Positions 32,852-40,946 of a DNA stretch of 40,946 bases are shown piece by piece. Position numbers and translations under genes: made by a program. A model generated the notes under the pieces. The model saw only the letters and a list, made by a program, of their open reading frames with translations, did not search any database and was not told the DNA's origin. The stretch is taken from the IMG/VR virus record IMGVR_UViG_3300043485_000015, positions 1-40,946 of that record. The stretch is one strand, 5' to 3'. Within the stretch, counting starts at the first letter, position 1. Every line of letters starts with the position of its first letter. The DNA is from a virus. Its lineage: Duplodnaviria > Caudoviricetes.

Positions 32852-33418
32852 TTAAGGCATAATCCTTAAATCTACCAACATATGTATTCTTGAATCCGTA
32901 GAATTGTTTTCAACCGAGTGTTCCGTCAGGGCGTCGAAGTGCCAGACTTCGCCCGTCCGCATACAAACGGTTTCATCACCCGTGCGGTACATGCTGCCCG
33001 GCAAGCCCTGCAAAACGACATGGTAGCGGTGGCGGTGCGGATCGTGGACGTAAGCGCCTTCATTGTCGGCGTGCGGCAGGATGCGCCCGCCCGGCCGCAA
33101 CCGGGTGATAACGATCCGGTCCACCGCGTAGGCTTCCAGCCTACGCATCACGTCGAGGATGAGCGTCCGCGCCTGGGGCAGCGCCGCCGCCGCCTCGTGC
33201 CAGACACAGTTGCCGTCCGCCATCACCGCCGCCGTGTCGCCATCCCGCGCGATCGACGGGTCGGAGAACCGGATCAGAATGTCCTCGATCTCGCCATGCG
33301 GCGTGTTCTCGAACGTCGTGCGGAACTTGGATCTATTGAACAATTCCGGCTGTCTCTGAACCGCATGGACCAGCGGCAGCACATCGACGCCGCTGGCGAT
33401 CAGTTGGAAGTGGCGCAC
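32852..33418 (-). CDS. Aspartyl/asparaginyl beta-hydroxylase-family 2OG-Fe(II) dioxygenase
   Basis: RLRPGGRILPHAD (HxD), MRTGEVWHFD...HSVEN...RIHMLVD; GTG start overlapping the tailspike stop. Confidence 0.85.
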   Translation of the reverse strand: MRHFQLIASGVDVLPLVHAVQRQPELFNRSKFRTTFENTPHGEIEDILIRFSDPSIARDGDTAAVMADGNCVWHEAAAALPQARTLILDVMRRLEAYAVDRIVITRLRPGGRILPHADNEGAYVHDPHRHRYHVVLQGLPGSMYRTGDETVCMRTGEVWHFDALTEHSVENNSTDSRIHMLVDLRIMP

Positions 33419-35169
33419 TAAACGAAAACCTCGCATGACCACATGAACGTCGGCGTGCCGGCGGTGCCATAGCTGATATCGAACGTCGTGGGGCCGATAG
33501 CCGACACCAAGGCGCTCATGCCCGCCCCGCCGAGCTGGGTGATATTGACCACCGTGGGCGCTATGACGCAGCCGTGTGCGACGGTCAAAGTCGTGCCGCC
33601 GCCGGATGTGATGACGCCCTTGTTCTCGAACGTTGGCCCGCGATCAGGCCCCAGCGCGCGATAACTGCTCGCCGCGTCGATCGTGGTGATGGCATGGCTT
33701 GACCAGTTGTTGCCGCCGAAACTATAGGCCCCGCCGGACGCATGGGTGCGCAGGATCTGGTAGGACGCAATCGCGCCGCCGCCCTGGTCGAAGTTGTTGG
33801 TCAGATCGCAGTTGTTGACAGAATCCAGCGACAAGCAGACCGCCGTCGATATGGCGAAGTTATTGTTTGTTATCAATATATCCCCAGCCCGCGCCCCCAC
33901 CGTCGCGCCAACCACGATATTGATGCTCTGGTTGCCGAACTGGTTGCCGTCGATCTGAACGAACTGCACCGTCTGGTCGATACTCAGGCCAACGCCGGTC
34001 GTCGCGTCGTTCGAACCGAGGTAATTGCTTTGCACCATGATGTTCGTGCAACCGCCGCCGAGCACAACCGCCGCCGATAGGACCAGATCGCACACGTTAT
34101 GCGTGATGAACACATAAGAGGCCGCGCCGCCGACGATGATGTTGGACGCGCCGTTGATCTGGGCAAACAGGTTGTTGCTGATCCGCACACCCTGGATGGC
34201 GATGGCGGCACCGGTTTTGGTCAGTGACACGCCGACCGACCCGCCGATGAACCAGCAGCCATGAACGCTGGAATTGAGGTTGTTCATGTCGAATTGCAGG
34301 CACGTCGTCAGGGTCGAGGCGAAAAACCCGCAATCGCGGAATTCGATCAGGACGCCGGCGGAATAGACCAGCGAGGATGCCAGGTTGCCGGTGAACTTGA
34401 CCCGGCTGACGATGGCGAATTGCGTGGTGGCGCTATCGAGTGCCACGTTGAGCGCCTTGGTGGTGGTGCCTGACGTGTCGATCGCCAGATCCCGCAACCG
34501 CCAGAGAGAAATCAGCGCCGGGGCGCTTACAACGGTGGTGAAGTTGCCGGACGCCACAAGGGAACTCGCCCCCATGCCGGCGCCGAACAGTGTTTGATTC
34601 GAGCGCAGCACCAGGGGCGCGGTGATTTTGTAGGTGCCCGGCGGGAAATACACGCAAAGCCCCGCCACCATGGCCGCCGCGATCTTTGCGGTGTCATCGG
34701 CAATGCCGTCGCCGGCCGCGCCATAGTCCTTGACGGAAACCGTCTGCGACATGCGCGCGAAGATGGTTTCCGCGACCGCGCCCGCGCCTGGGGCGGTGTA
34801 GGTGATCTGGCTGGTGTTGAGCGACAGGGCGGTTGCCGCCGCCGCCAGCGTGGTTGCCCCGACAACGGGCAAGAGGGCATCCGACACATAGGCCGGAGCG
34901 CGCGTCACCCCGGAATAGGCCGGGACCGCCACTCCTAAAGCGTCCGTAACCGCTAAACTGTAAGAGCCGGAACCGTAAAGCAGGCACGACCCGGCAGAAT
35001 CCAGGGGCACCGGATTCGCGTTGGCGATGGTCTGCGCTTCGTCCTGGAATGAAGCCTTGGGTGTCGTGCCGCCCGGCAGGTAGGTGTGGATCAGACCGCC
35101 CGTTAGGCAATTGCCGTTCGGGTCATAGAAATTCGCCCGCGCCTGCGGAAGCAATGAACCATTCGCCAT
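33418..35169 (-). CDS. Tailspike (right-handed beta-helix, pectate lyase 3-like)
   Basis: N-terminal anchor (FYDPNG...TTPK...NANPVPLD), VSVKDYGAAGDGIADDT, Asn-rich beta-helix repeats. Confidence 0.88.
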   Translation of the reverse strand: MANGSLLPQARANFYDPNGNCLTGGLIHTYLPGGTTPKASFQDEAQTIANANPVPLDSAGSCLLYGSGSYSLAVTDALGVAVPAYSGVTRAPAYVSDALLPVVGATTLAAAATALSLNTSQITYTAPGAGAVAETIFARMSQTVSVKDYGAAGDGIADDTAKIAAAMVAGLCVYFPPGTYKITAPLVLRSNQTLFGAGMGASSLVASGNFTTVVSAPALISLWRLRDLAIDTSGTTTKALNVALDSATTQFAIVSRVKFTGNLASSLVYSAGVLIEFRDCGFFASTLTTCLQFDMNNLNSSVHGCWFIGGSVGVSLTKTGAAIAIQGVRISNNLFAQINGASNIIVGGAASYVFITHNVCDLVLSAAVVLGGGCTNIMVQSNYLGSNDATTGVGLSIDQTVQFVQIDGNQFGNQSINIVVGATVGARAGDILITNNNFAISTAVCLSLDSVNNCDLTNNFDQGGGAIASYQILRTHASGGAYSFGGNNWSSHAITTIDAASSYRALGPDRGPTFENKGVITSGGGTTLTVAHGCVIAPTVVNITQLGGAGMSALVSAIGPTTFDISYGTAGTPTFMWSCEVFV

Positions 35170-35179
35170 TACGAAAATC

Positions 35180-35578
35180 CTAACCCGGAATGAATGTGAG
35201 CGATGGCGTGCCGACATACGTAAGCCGGGCGCGGGCGGTTTTGTTGAGCGGACAGGCCCCGTAATAGGAACCAGCGGAATACCAGGTGACGCCATCCGCG
35301 CTGGTCTCCAGCCGGATCACGCCGCCGCCGGAGACGATCAGCGAGCCACGCGAGGGCGCGGTATAGGTGAACGGCGACGGCTCCAGCGTGACGGCGGACG
35401 GTGCGCCTGGGTCCGCCATGTTGGCCAGTGCGTCGGCTTCCTCGGTGGACGATCCGCCGGTCCGGGTCCACATTTTCAGCGCCCACATATGCCAGGTCCG
35501 GCTTATCAGGCCGGTTTGCGGATCGACCAGGGGCGCTTGCGGCGCGGGCAGGCGGCAGGCGTATTCGGATTCTGCCAT
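35180..35578 (-). CDS. Virion protein at the tail-needle/plug position
   Basis: PLVDPQTG.ISRTW..W and SPFTYTAP motifs; TGATG overlap with the gp10-like gene. Confidence 0.7.
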   Translation of the reverse strand: MAESEYACRLPAPQAPLVDPQTGLISRTWHMWALKMWTRTGGSSTEEADALANMADPGAPSAVTLEPSPFTYTAPSRGSLIVSGGGVIRLETSADGVTWYSAGSYYGACPLNKTARARLTYVGTPSLTFIPG

Positions 35579-37146
35579 CAGGACGCAACCGGCTCCAGGG
35601 TCAGCCACGCGCCTTGCAAGGCGGTATTCACGGGCGCGTCCCATTCGCAGGAAAACACGCGATCACGGCCCATCCCCAATCTCAGAAATTGCACGCTGGT
35701 CAGATAGTCACCCGTGGCACCCAGGCTGGCGGCCACCGGATTGTTGAATGTCCGGCCCCTGTCATCGGACCAACGCAGCAACACTTGCGGCGACGTGTCC
35801 GGCGGGCCGTCCGAGGTTCCAACCGACAGGCCCACGTCCATGTCGAGGATAAGACTTTTGAAAAAAGTCCGGTTCCCGTCGTTTACAATATGAGGAAAGT
35901 CCCTCCGGCGCACGATCGGGCGGCCGACATCTGTAAAGACGTTCGGGTCGATCGCGTAGAGATTCCCGTTTTCCCAATCCGCCCCAACGGTTACACCATA
36001 CGCGAACGCAATCCGCCCGGCGCGGTGGCGGTGTTCCGCGCCGCTGGTGTCGGTCCACACCGCTTCGTGCCATTCGCGCGTGGTGACATCGTAGCGCCAG
36101 CTTTTGTCAGCTGACGGAAAGTCGAGTTGGTAAAACACATGCCCGTTTTGCTGCCATGCGGTTGCGGTGGCGTCGGAGACTTCCGCGTAATTCGACCACT
36201 CGGTTTCGATGGCGTGTGTCGAGACGCGCACCACCTGATAGCCGGAAGTCATTACGAGCATGTTGCGGCCGGTCTGATCCTGGCTCAACCACAGGATTGA
36301 TTCGTTCAAGCGCGCGATTGAATGTTTGGCGACGCAGCCGTGTTCCACGTATGGCCCATCCATGACTTGAAACGGGAAATTATCGCTGCCCGCATCGTAA
36401 TGGATTTCTGTCGTGCGTTCGCCAATCAGCCATATGGAACGCTGATTGACCACGGCCGCGACAAGCAAATCCGGGTAGCCGTTTTTCACCTGCCACCAAG
36501 TACTATCGAACTGAATCCGGTGGATCGGGTTGTCGTCGCTGGCCGGCTCGCCGTTATAGCTGGCAAAGTATTGCCCGGTGCTGGGATGGTTGAAAATGAA
36601 ATACCCATCCAGCATCGCCACACGATTAGCGCCTGGGAAGTCGAATACCGGCGATGCTTCGGGGTGCGCGGTGTTGAACGGCGGGGAGTTGTTGGCCGCG
36701 TTGATCGGCCGGAATTCGAGGCTCACGAGATCGACCTGATAGCCCGCGTCGGTGCCGTCCACCAGGATCAGGGTAGTTCCATTATCGGCCATGCTGACGG
36801 GCGTGGTGCCAGCGGCGATCGTGCCGAGCACGGTGTATGACCAGTCGGATGCGACCTTATAGAGCGTTGAGCCGCACACATAGAACAGCACGTCGGACGT
36901 TGACCAATACAGGCCGCGCGCCGCGCCTGGGGTCGGCGGGACAGAAATTTGCCGCGTGCCTGGCGTTGGGTACAGGATGCTTTGCCCGCCTCGAACGCCG
37001 CCGGCCAGCGCCTCGCCAACGCTATTGCCCTGGGTGTCGATAATCGCCCCGGCATGGCCCTGTTCAGAGAATAAATTTACGCACCTTTGGGCACTACTTA
37101 TTATGGACCGGGCTTTGTAACTGCCGCCGCCGAGCTGGATTTTCAT
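35578..37146 (-). CDS. Tail hub / packaged-DNA stabilisation protein (P22 gp10-like)
   Basis: AQRCVNLF, VSMADNG, RVSTHAIE, LRWSDDRG.TF, RLGMGRDRVF. Confidence 0.9.
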   Translation of the reverse strand: MKIQLGGGSYKARSIISSAQRCVNLFSEQGHAGAIIDTQGNSVGEALAGGVRGGQSILYPTPGTRQISVPPTPGAARGLYWSTSDVLFYVCGSTLYKVASDWSYTVLGTIAAGTTPVSMADNGTTLILVDGTDAGYQVDLVSLEFRPINAANNSPPFNTAHPEASPVFDFPGANRVAMLDGYFIFNHPSTGQYFASYNGEPASDDNPIHRIQFDSTWWQVKNGYPDLLVAAVVNQRSIWLIGERTTEIHYDAGSDNFPFQVMDGPYVEHGCVAKHSIARLNESILWLSQDQTGRNMLVMTSGYQVVRVSTHAIETEWSNYAEVSDATATAWQQNGHVFYQLDFPSADKSWRYDVTTREWHEAVWTDTSGAEHRHRAGRIAFAYGVTVGADWENGNLYAIDPNVFTDVGRPIVRRRDFPHIVNDGNRTFFKSLILDMDVGLSVGTSDGPPDTSPQVLLRWSDDRGRTFNNPVAASLGATGDYLTSVQFLRLGMGRDRVFSCEWDAPVNTALQGAWLTLEPVAS

Positions 37147-37880
37147 CTATAGCCGCCAATAAATGCCGCCATATTGCTGCCCTGGCCGTTGCGTCCCATG
37201 CCCGGCAGTCCGCCCGGCATCCGCGCGGTCTGCAGCTGCACATTCGACTGGCGGATGGTGTTCATCGCCGCCTTCATGGCCATGACGTGCGCGGGTTTCG
37301 GGTCTTGCCCGTAATTGATTTCAAGTCTCACGACCAGGCTGTAAATCATGGCTTCCAGGTATTCCGCCGGCACGTTGAGCGGGTCGGTTTCCGCCGCGTA
37401 TGTGGGCAGCGCACCCTTGCTGAACACATGGAGTTCGTAGGCCCCGCTCATCGGCACGGGCCAGAAATGCAGGATGCCCAACGGGTAGGTGGATTCATAA
37501 AACACCGCGTAAGGCCACGCCTGGAACGTCTTGAGCGCGATGCCGTTGTAATCCTCCCGGCTGTCGATGATCTGGATTGGATAGTCCACCGCCGGGGAGG
37601 TCGCCGGCAGGCGCACAAACGCCGCCTCCAGCCGATCCGGCCGCGCTACGTTGAACGCCCCGCCTGGGCCGATTGTATAGGTTGTCGCACCCGTCGCGGT
37701 CAGCACGGTCTCGGCCAGCACGTAGGTCAACCACCGCTTTTGCTGCCATTGCGCCCACATCGCGGACAGGGCAACGATCGCGTCCGCCATATCCTCCGAC
37801 GTGGGGGTCTGTCCTGTTCCTGTGATTCCTGAAATTCGGAACGCATAACTAACGAGATCGCCAACGGTGGTTAATGCCAT
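37143..37880 (-). CDS. Head-tail adaptor (P22 gp4-like)
   Basis: GQTPTSEDMAD...M.AQW; P.EY.EAMIY.L..RL; synteny. Confidence 0.8.
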   Translation of the reverse strand: MALTTVGDLVSYAFRISGITGTGQTPTSEDMADAIVALSAMWAQWQQKRWLTYVLAETVLTATGATTYTIGPGGAFNVARPDRLEAAFVRLPATSPAVDYPIQIIDSREDYNGIALKTFQAWPYAVFYESTYPLGILHFWPVPMSGAYELHVFSKGALPTYAAETDPLNVPAEYLEAMIYSLVVRLEINYGQDPKPAHVMAMKAAMNTIRQSNVQLQTARMPGGLPGMGRNGQGSNMAAFIGGYR

Positions 37881-37955
37881 GCGTCACATTCCAGAAGGTC
37901 ACGCGGCCAGCCCGAGGGCCAACCGCGCAACATCGACATTACGGACAAGGAACAA

Positions 37956-38309
37956 CTATGCGGAGAGGTTCACAAACCATTTGCCGGACGTGCCCGAGCC
38001 GGTGAACGTCGCGGACTTGGCAACCGGGATCGAGAACACCGCGTTGACAGCCGCCGCGTTGATCGACTGTCCGGTGTAGGGGAACACCGCCAGCGCGGCC
38101 GCGCCGTCGTTGGACACGTAAATGGCCTGATCCGCGAGCCACGGCGGCAGCACCACGCTATCGGCGGCGGTGGCGCAGACGGAGATGCGGTTGTATCGGC
38201 TGACAAGCTGGACACCTGCCGCCTGGGTGCCGCCGGGGGTGGCGGTGATGCCCTCGGTGACGGACGTGATCGCGGGGAAGGCGGGCGCGAAGTTGAACAA
38301 TGCGGCCAT
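37956..38309 (-). CDS. Probable capsid decoration protein
   Basis: ITATPGGTQAA..QL...CATAADSVVLP; Ala/Thr-rich; AAGGA RBS; follows the capsid gene. Confidence 0.65.
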   Translation of the reverse strand: MAALFNFAPAFPAITSVTEGITATPGGTQAAGVQLVSRYNRISVCATAADSVVLPPWLADQAIYVSNDGAAALAVFPYTGQSINAAAVNAVFSIPVAKSATFTGSGTSGKWFVNLSA

Positions 38310-38323
38310 GGGTGGGGGTTCCT

Positions 38324-39115
38324 TTACTCGATGTGCGCCCAACTGCGGCGCTTTTGGATATCGACGATGGTTGCGGGGCTTACGCCGAAGCGTTTGGACA
38401 GGACGCTGTTGCGGTCAGTGCTGGTCCTGATTTCGCGGACGATTTCAGGCGTAATCTTGTCGCTGACACCCTTGCGCGGACTGACGCGCTTGGCTTTGAC
38501 GCCCTTTTCCGTGCCGAGATGCGCCCAGGAGACGCGGGTTTTCAGGCTGCTGATGGTTTGAGCATGGACGCCATATTCGGCGGCGATCTGGCTATGCGGC
38601 CGGGGATCAGACAGGATCGCTTTAGCCTGTTCCTCGGTCAGTATGGCGCGAGGCTGCTCCGCTCCGAACTTTGCCACATGGCGGCCCTTAGCCATCTTAT
38701 CGGCCATGTTGAAAGCGGCGTTGCCAACCACGAGATGAGCCGGATTAACGCAAGCCGGGACATCGCATGTATGACAAACCGAAAGGCCCGTGACGATTGG
38801 ACCTTTATGGAGAGCGAAGCTGTAGCGGTGGGCTTTGGTATAGACGACGCCGTCCCGTTCGCCTTTGAACACGCCGTAGCCGTCCTTATCCGCCGCACCA
38901 TGCCATAACCAGCAACCGTCGCCCTTGCGGACGTTGAGCCAAAACCTTTCCTCGTAAGAGAGTTGCAGCCACCGCCAAGGGGCGATCTTGTGGGCTACCG
39001 GCGAACCGTATTTCACGGTACGCCGCCAGTGGTTGACGCAAAGCCCCAGAGATTGCGGCTTTAGGTCGCAGCCCTTGACGCAACAGACTATCCAATTTCC
39101 GTATTCGTCTTGCAT
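38324..39115 (-). CDS. Free-standing HNH homing endonuclease
   Basis: N-terminal Cys/His finger; CWLW.G..DKDGYG...AHR...VCHTCD.PACVNPAHL; two tandem C-terminal HTH repeats ending SWAH. Confidence 0.9.
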   Translation of the reverse strand: MQDEYGNWIVCCVKGCDLKPQSLGLCVNHWRRTVKYGSPVAHKIAPWRWLQLSYEERFWLNVRKGDGCWLWHGAADKDGYGVFKGERDGVVYTKAHRYSFALHKGPIVTGLSVCHTCDVPACVNPAHLVVGNAAFNMADKMAKGRHVAKFGAEQPRAILTEEQAKAILSDPRPHSQIAAEYGVHAQTISSLKTRVSWAHLGTEKGVKAKRVSPRKGVSDKITPEIVREIRTSTDRNSVLSKRFGVSPATIVDIQKRRSWAHIE

Positions 39116-39228
39116 GTTCATCCCTTTCATCATGGGATTGACATCATACTAGACGCGCCGGAGACCGGATAATCAATATATGTTGCTATATCGTCCTTAA
39201 GATCACGCGGAGTTATGTAGCCGTTAGC

Positions 39229-40413
39229 CTAATTTGCGGCTAGTCTTACCGCAAGCTGAGGGCGTAATGTTTTGAAACCGTACAAAACATCGAAGCGGGT
39301 CGGAAATAAGTCATTGTTAATATCGAACATACGCACCATACGCATACTGATTCCGTCCTGCACTTTCCGCGCGGCCATATCGACGCCGGACGGAAGTACG
39401 AGGTCAGCCGATGCGAAGGTGAACGCGTCCTTATGATACGCCAGGGACAGGCCTGACGCTGTGCTGGCGGTGCCGGCAAAGGTAATCGCGGCGCTGGCCG
39501 CGGGGCCGACTGCTACGTTCTGCAACGCGCCGGTGGTGACGATCGCGGGGCTGATCGACCACGTTCCGGCACCCGAGGCGGCGGCGGCGGTGACAACGAA
39601 CTGCTGCAAAACGCCAGTGTTTGCCTTGGTTTCGGGATGCACCCGGTTGACGTTGGCGATGGTGAACACGTCACCCGCGTTGACCGCGCCCGCGCCGGTG
39701 GACACGACTAGGCTGGAGCCGGTCTGGCCCGCGCCGTTGACGATATACGCCGTGTTGCCGGCGCCGCGCGTGTAGGTCCCGAGGAACGTGTTTTCCGCGA
39801 ATTCGAAGCCTGCTGTGTGGCCCATCACGCCATCGCGGTATTGGCTGGCAATGTTGGTGCTGGCCTGGAAAAGTCCCTTGAGGGCATCGACCAGATCCAC
39901 GTTGTCCTGGGTGTTCATGCGAACCGTCAGCTCGCCGGACGGTGCGAGGTTGTCGCGGAGTATTTTGCGGCCCTGGAGGATGTTCTTAAACGTCTGCGCG
40001 GCACCCTGGCCATTGACCTGGTTGTAAACATCGGCGGCCATGTTGAGCGCGTCGGCTTCCATGCTCGCGGCAAGAACGGCCATCGCGGGGTCAAGAATAC
40101 GGGCGGAAAAGTCGTCAATGTTCATCGTCAGTTCTTGCGACGAGAACGATAGATCGACGCCTTTTTGTGAGGTGACGTTAAGCGTCACCTGATTCTCGAC
40201 CGTGGGGTTTGGCGAAAGCGTCGGGCCGGAGCGCACGGTGTACTGGTTCGGCAACCGGATGCGCAGCGCGGAACCGATCTTGGCGCCGGACTGGCCGAAG
40301 CTGTCGTCGTAAGACCTGTTGATCGAGCCGATGAAGTTCAGCTTTTGATGCAGAATCGCAAGGGCTGCATTAGTGATGATACTGGAATTGAGAAGTTGGT
40401 TGGTAACAGCCAT
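39229..40413 (-). CDS. Major capsid protein (P22 gp5 coat family)
   Basis: GAKIGSALRIRLP, SQKGVDLSFSS.ELT, RFDVLYGFKTLRPQLA; GGAG RBS. Confidence 0.93.
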   Translation of the reverse strand: MAVTNQLLNSSIITNAALAILHQKLNFIGSINRSYDDSFGQSGAKIGSALRIRLPNQYTVRSGPTLSPNPTVENQVTLNVTSQKGVDLSFSSQELTMNIDDFSARILDPAMAVLAASMEADALNMAADVYNQVNGQGAAQTFKNILQGRKILRDNLAPSGELTVRMNTQDNVDLVDALKGLFQASTNIASQYRDGVMGHTAGFEFAENTFLGTYTRGAGNTAYIVNGAGQTGSSLVVSTGAGAVNAGDVFTIANVNRVHPETKANTGVLQQFVVTAAAASGAGTWSISPAIVTTGALQNVAVGPAASAAITFAGTASTASGLSLAYHKDAFTFASADLVLPSGVDMAARKVQDGISMRMVRMFDINNDLFPTRFDVLYGFKTLRPQLAVRLAAN

Positions 40414-40510
40414 GTTCGAAGGCTCCATTGACCAGGAATACGGCGCCTCACGGCGCTGCCGACTGTCTTGCCCAAGAACAGTCTATGATGTTGGTGGTAA
40501 AGCCGCTGGG

Positions 40511-40819
40511 CTATGCTCGGCCTTTTGTCTTCTTGTTCCACGCGTGCAGGAAATCGTCGCCCTCCAGACTTTCCAACCGAACCTCCGCGCGAGAGGTCGT
40601 CTGGATTGGCCTGATCGGCGGCGGTGCCTGTGACGTGGGCTTCGGCGCTGGCGGCGGGGCGGCGGCTATCCGGTGGGATAGGGTCGCCAGCTCCAGCGCC
40701 ATTCTGACCGGCGGCAGCTTCAGGATACGGGCGGTCTCGGCGGGGTTTTCCGCCAGATTCGCCAGCACCTTGTGACCGTCCGGTAGTTCGCCAACCGCCT
40801 GCATGAACGTCGGGTTATC
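40511..40819 (-). CDS. Scaffolding protein, C-terminal part
   Basis: In-frame continuation of 444 down to 1; SQAPPPIRPI motif. Confidence 0.85.
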   Translation of the reverse strand, partial: DNPTFMQAVGELPDGHKVLANLAENPAETARILKLPPVRMALELATLSHRIAAAPPPAPKPTSQAPPPIRPIQTTSRAEVRLESLEGDDFLHAWNKKTKGRA

Positions 40820-40946
40820 CCCGGCTCCCATGTCGGCAAGCTGGTTGCACCGTTCGGTGAAGTCGGGAAAGTCGGCGTTGCCGCGGGCAATCCATGCCTC
40901 GGTTTTCGCCTGGTTCTCCCGTTGCTCCACGAGGGCCTGGGCGCGC
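40820..40946. repeat. Terminal direct repeat, copy 2
   Basis: Identical to 1-127. Confidence 0.95.

Noticed and set aside
33418-35169. DGR or invertible tail-fibre cassette
   Set aside because: I saw no reverse transcriptase, invertase, template repeat or flanking inverted sites.
1-40946. Stop-codon reassignment or introns/inteins in core genes
   Set aside because: Core genes are full length and uninterrupted in the standard code, and all three stop codons are used at gene ends.

Overview
The window is a complete, circularly assembled P22-like (short-tailed) dsDNA phage genome of about 40,819 bp. Bases 1-127 are identical to 40820-40946, and the scaffold gene runs across that join. It is GC-rich and probably infects an alphaproteobacterium; the DUF6362, GcrA-like and PodJ-like proteins suggest an Acetobacteraceae-like host (inference). 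The minus strand carries a late operon: ParB-methyltransferase, TerS, TerL, an accessory cassette, portal, small genes, scaffold, capsid, HNH, head-tail proteins, tailspike, Asp/Asn hydroxylase, HNH, GNAT, three ejection proteins, lysozyme and a holin-like protein. There is a lambdoid cro/cI switch with readable promoters and operators, a RecT/Gp157 early operon, and an AAA_25 helicase followed by a likely origin. I saw no integrase, ParA, primase, tRNA or CRISPR array. The most notable observations are: (1) a TerL-portal cassette of fibre/spike-like proteins with Sec and Tat signal peptides, paired cysteines and a shared N-terminal motif; (2) a PodJ-N-terminus-like ribbon-helix-helix protein surrounded by phased GGGCAAACC repeats in an integrase-less genome; (3) AT-rich synonymous codon patches in conserved virion genes, strongest next to homing endonucleases; (4) a membrane-protein moron with a leader peptide and a possible antisense RNA. 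All family assignments are by-eye motif recognition, not database searches.
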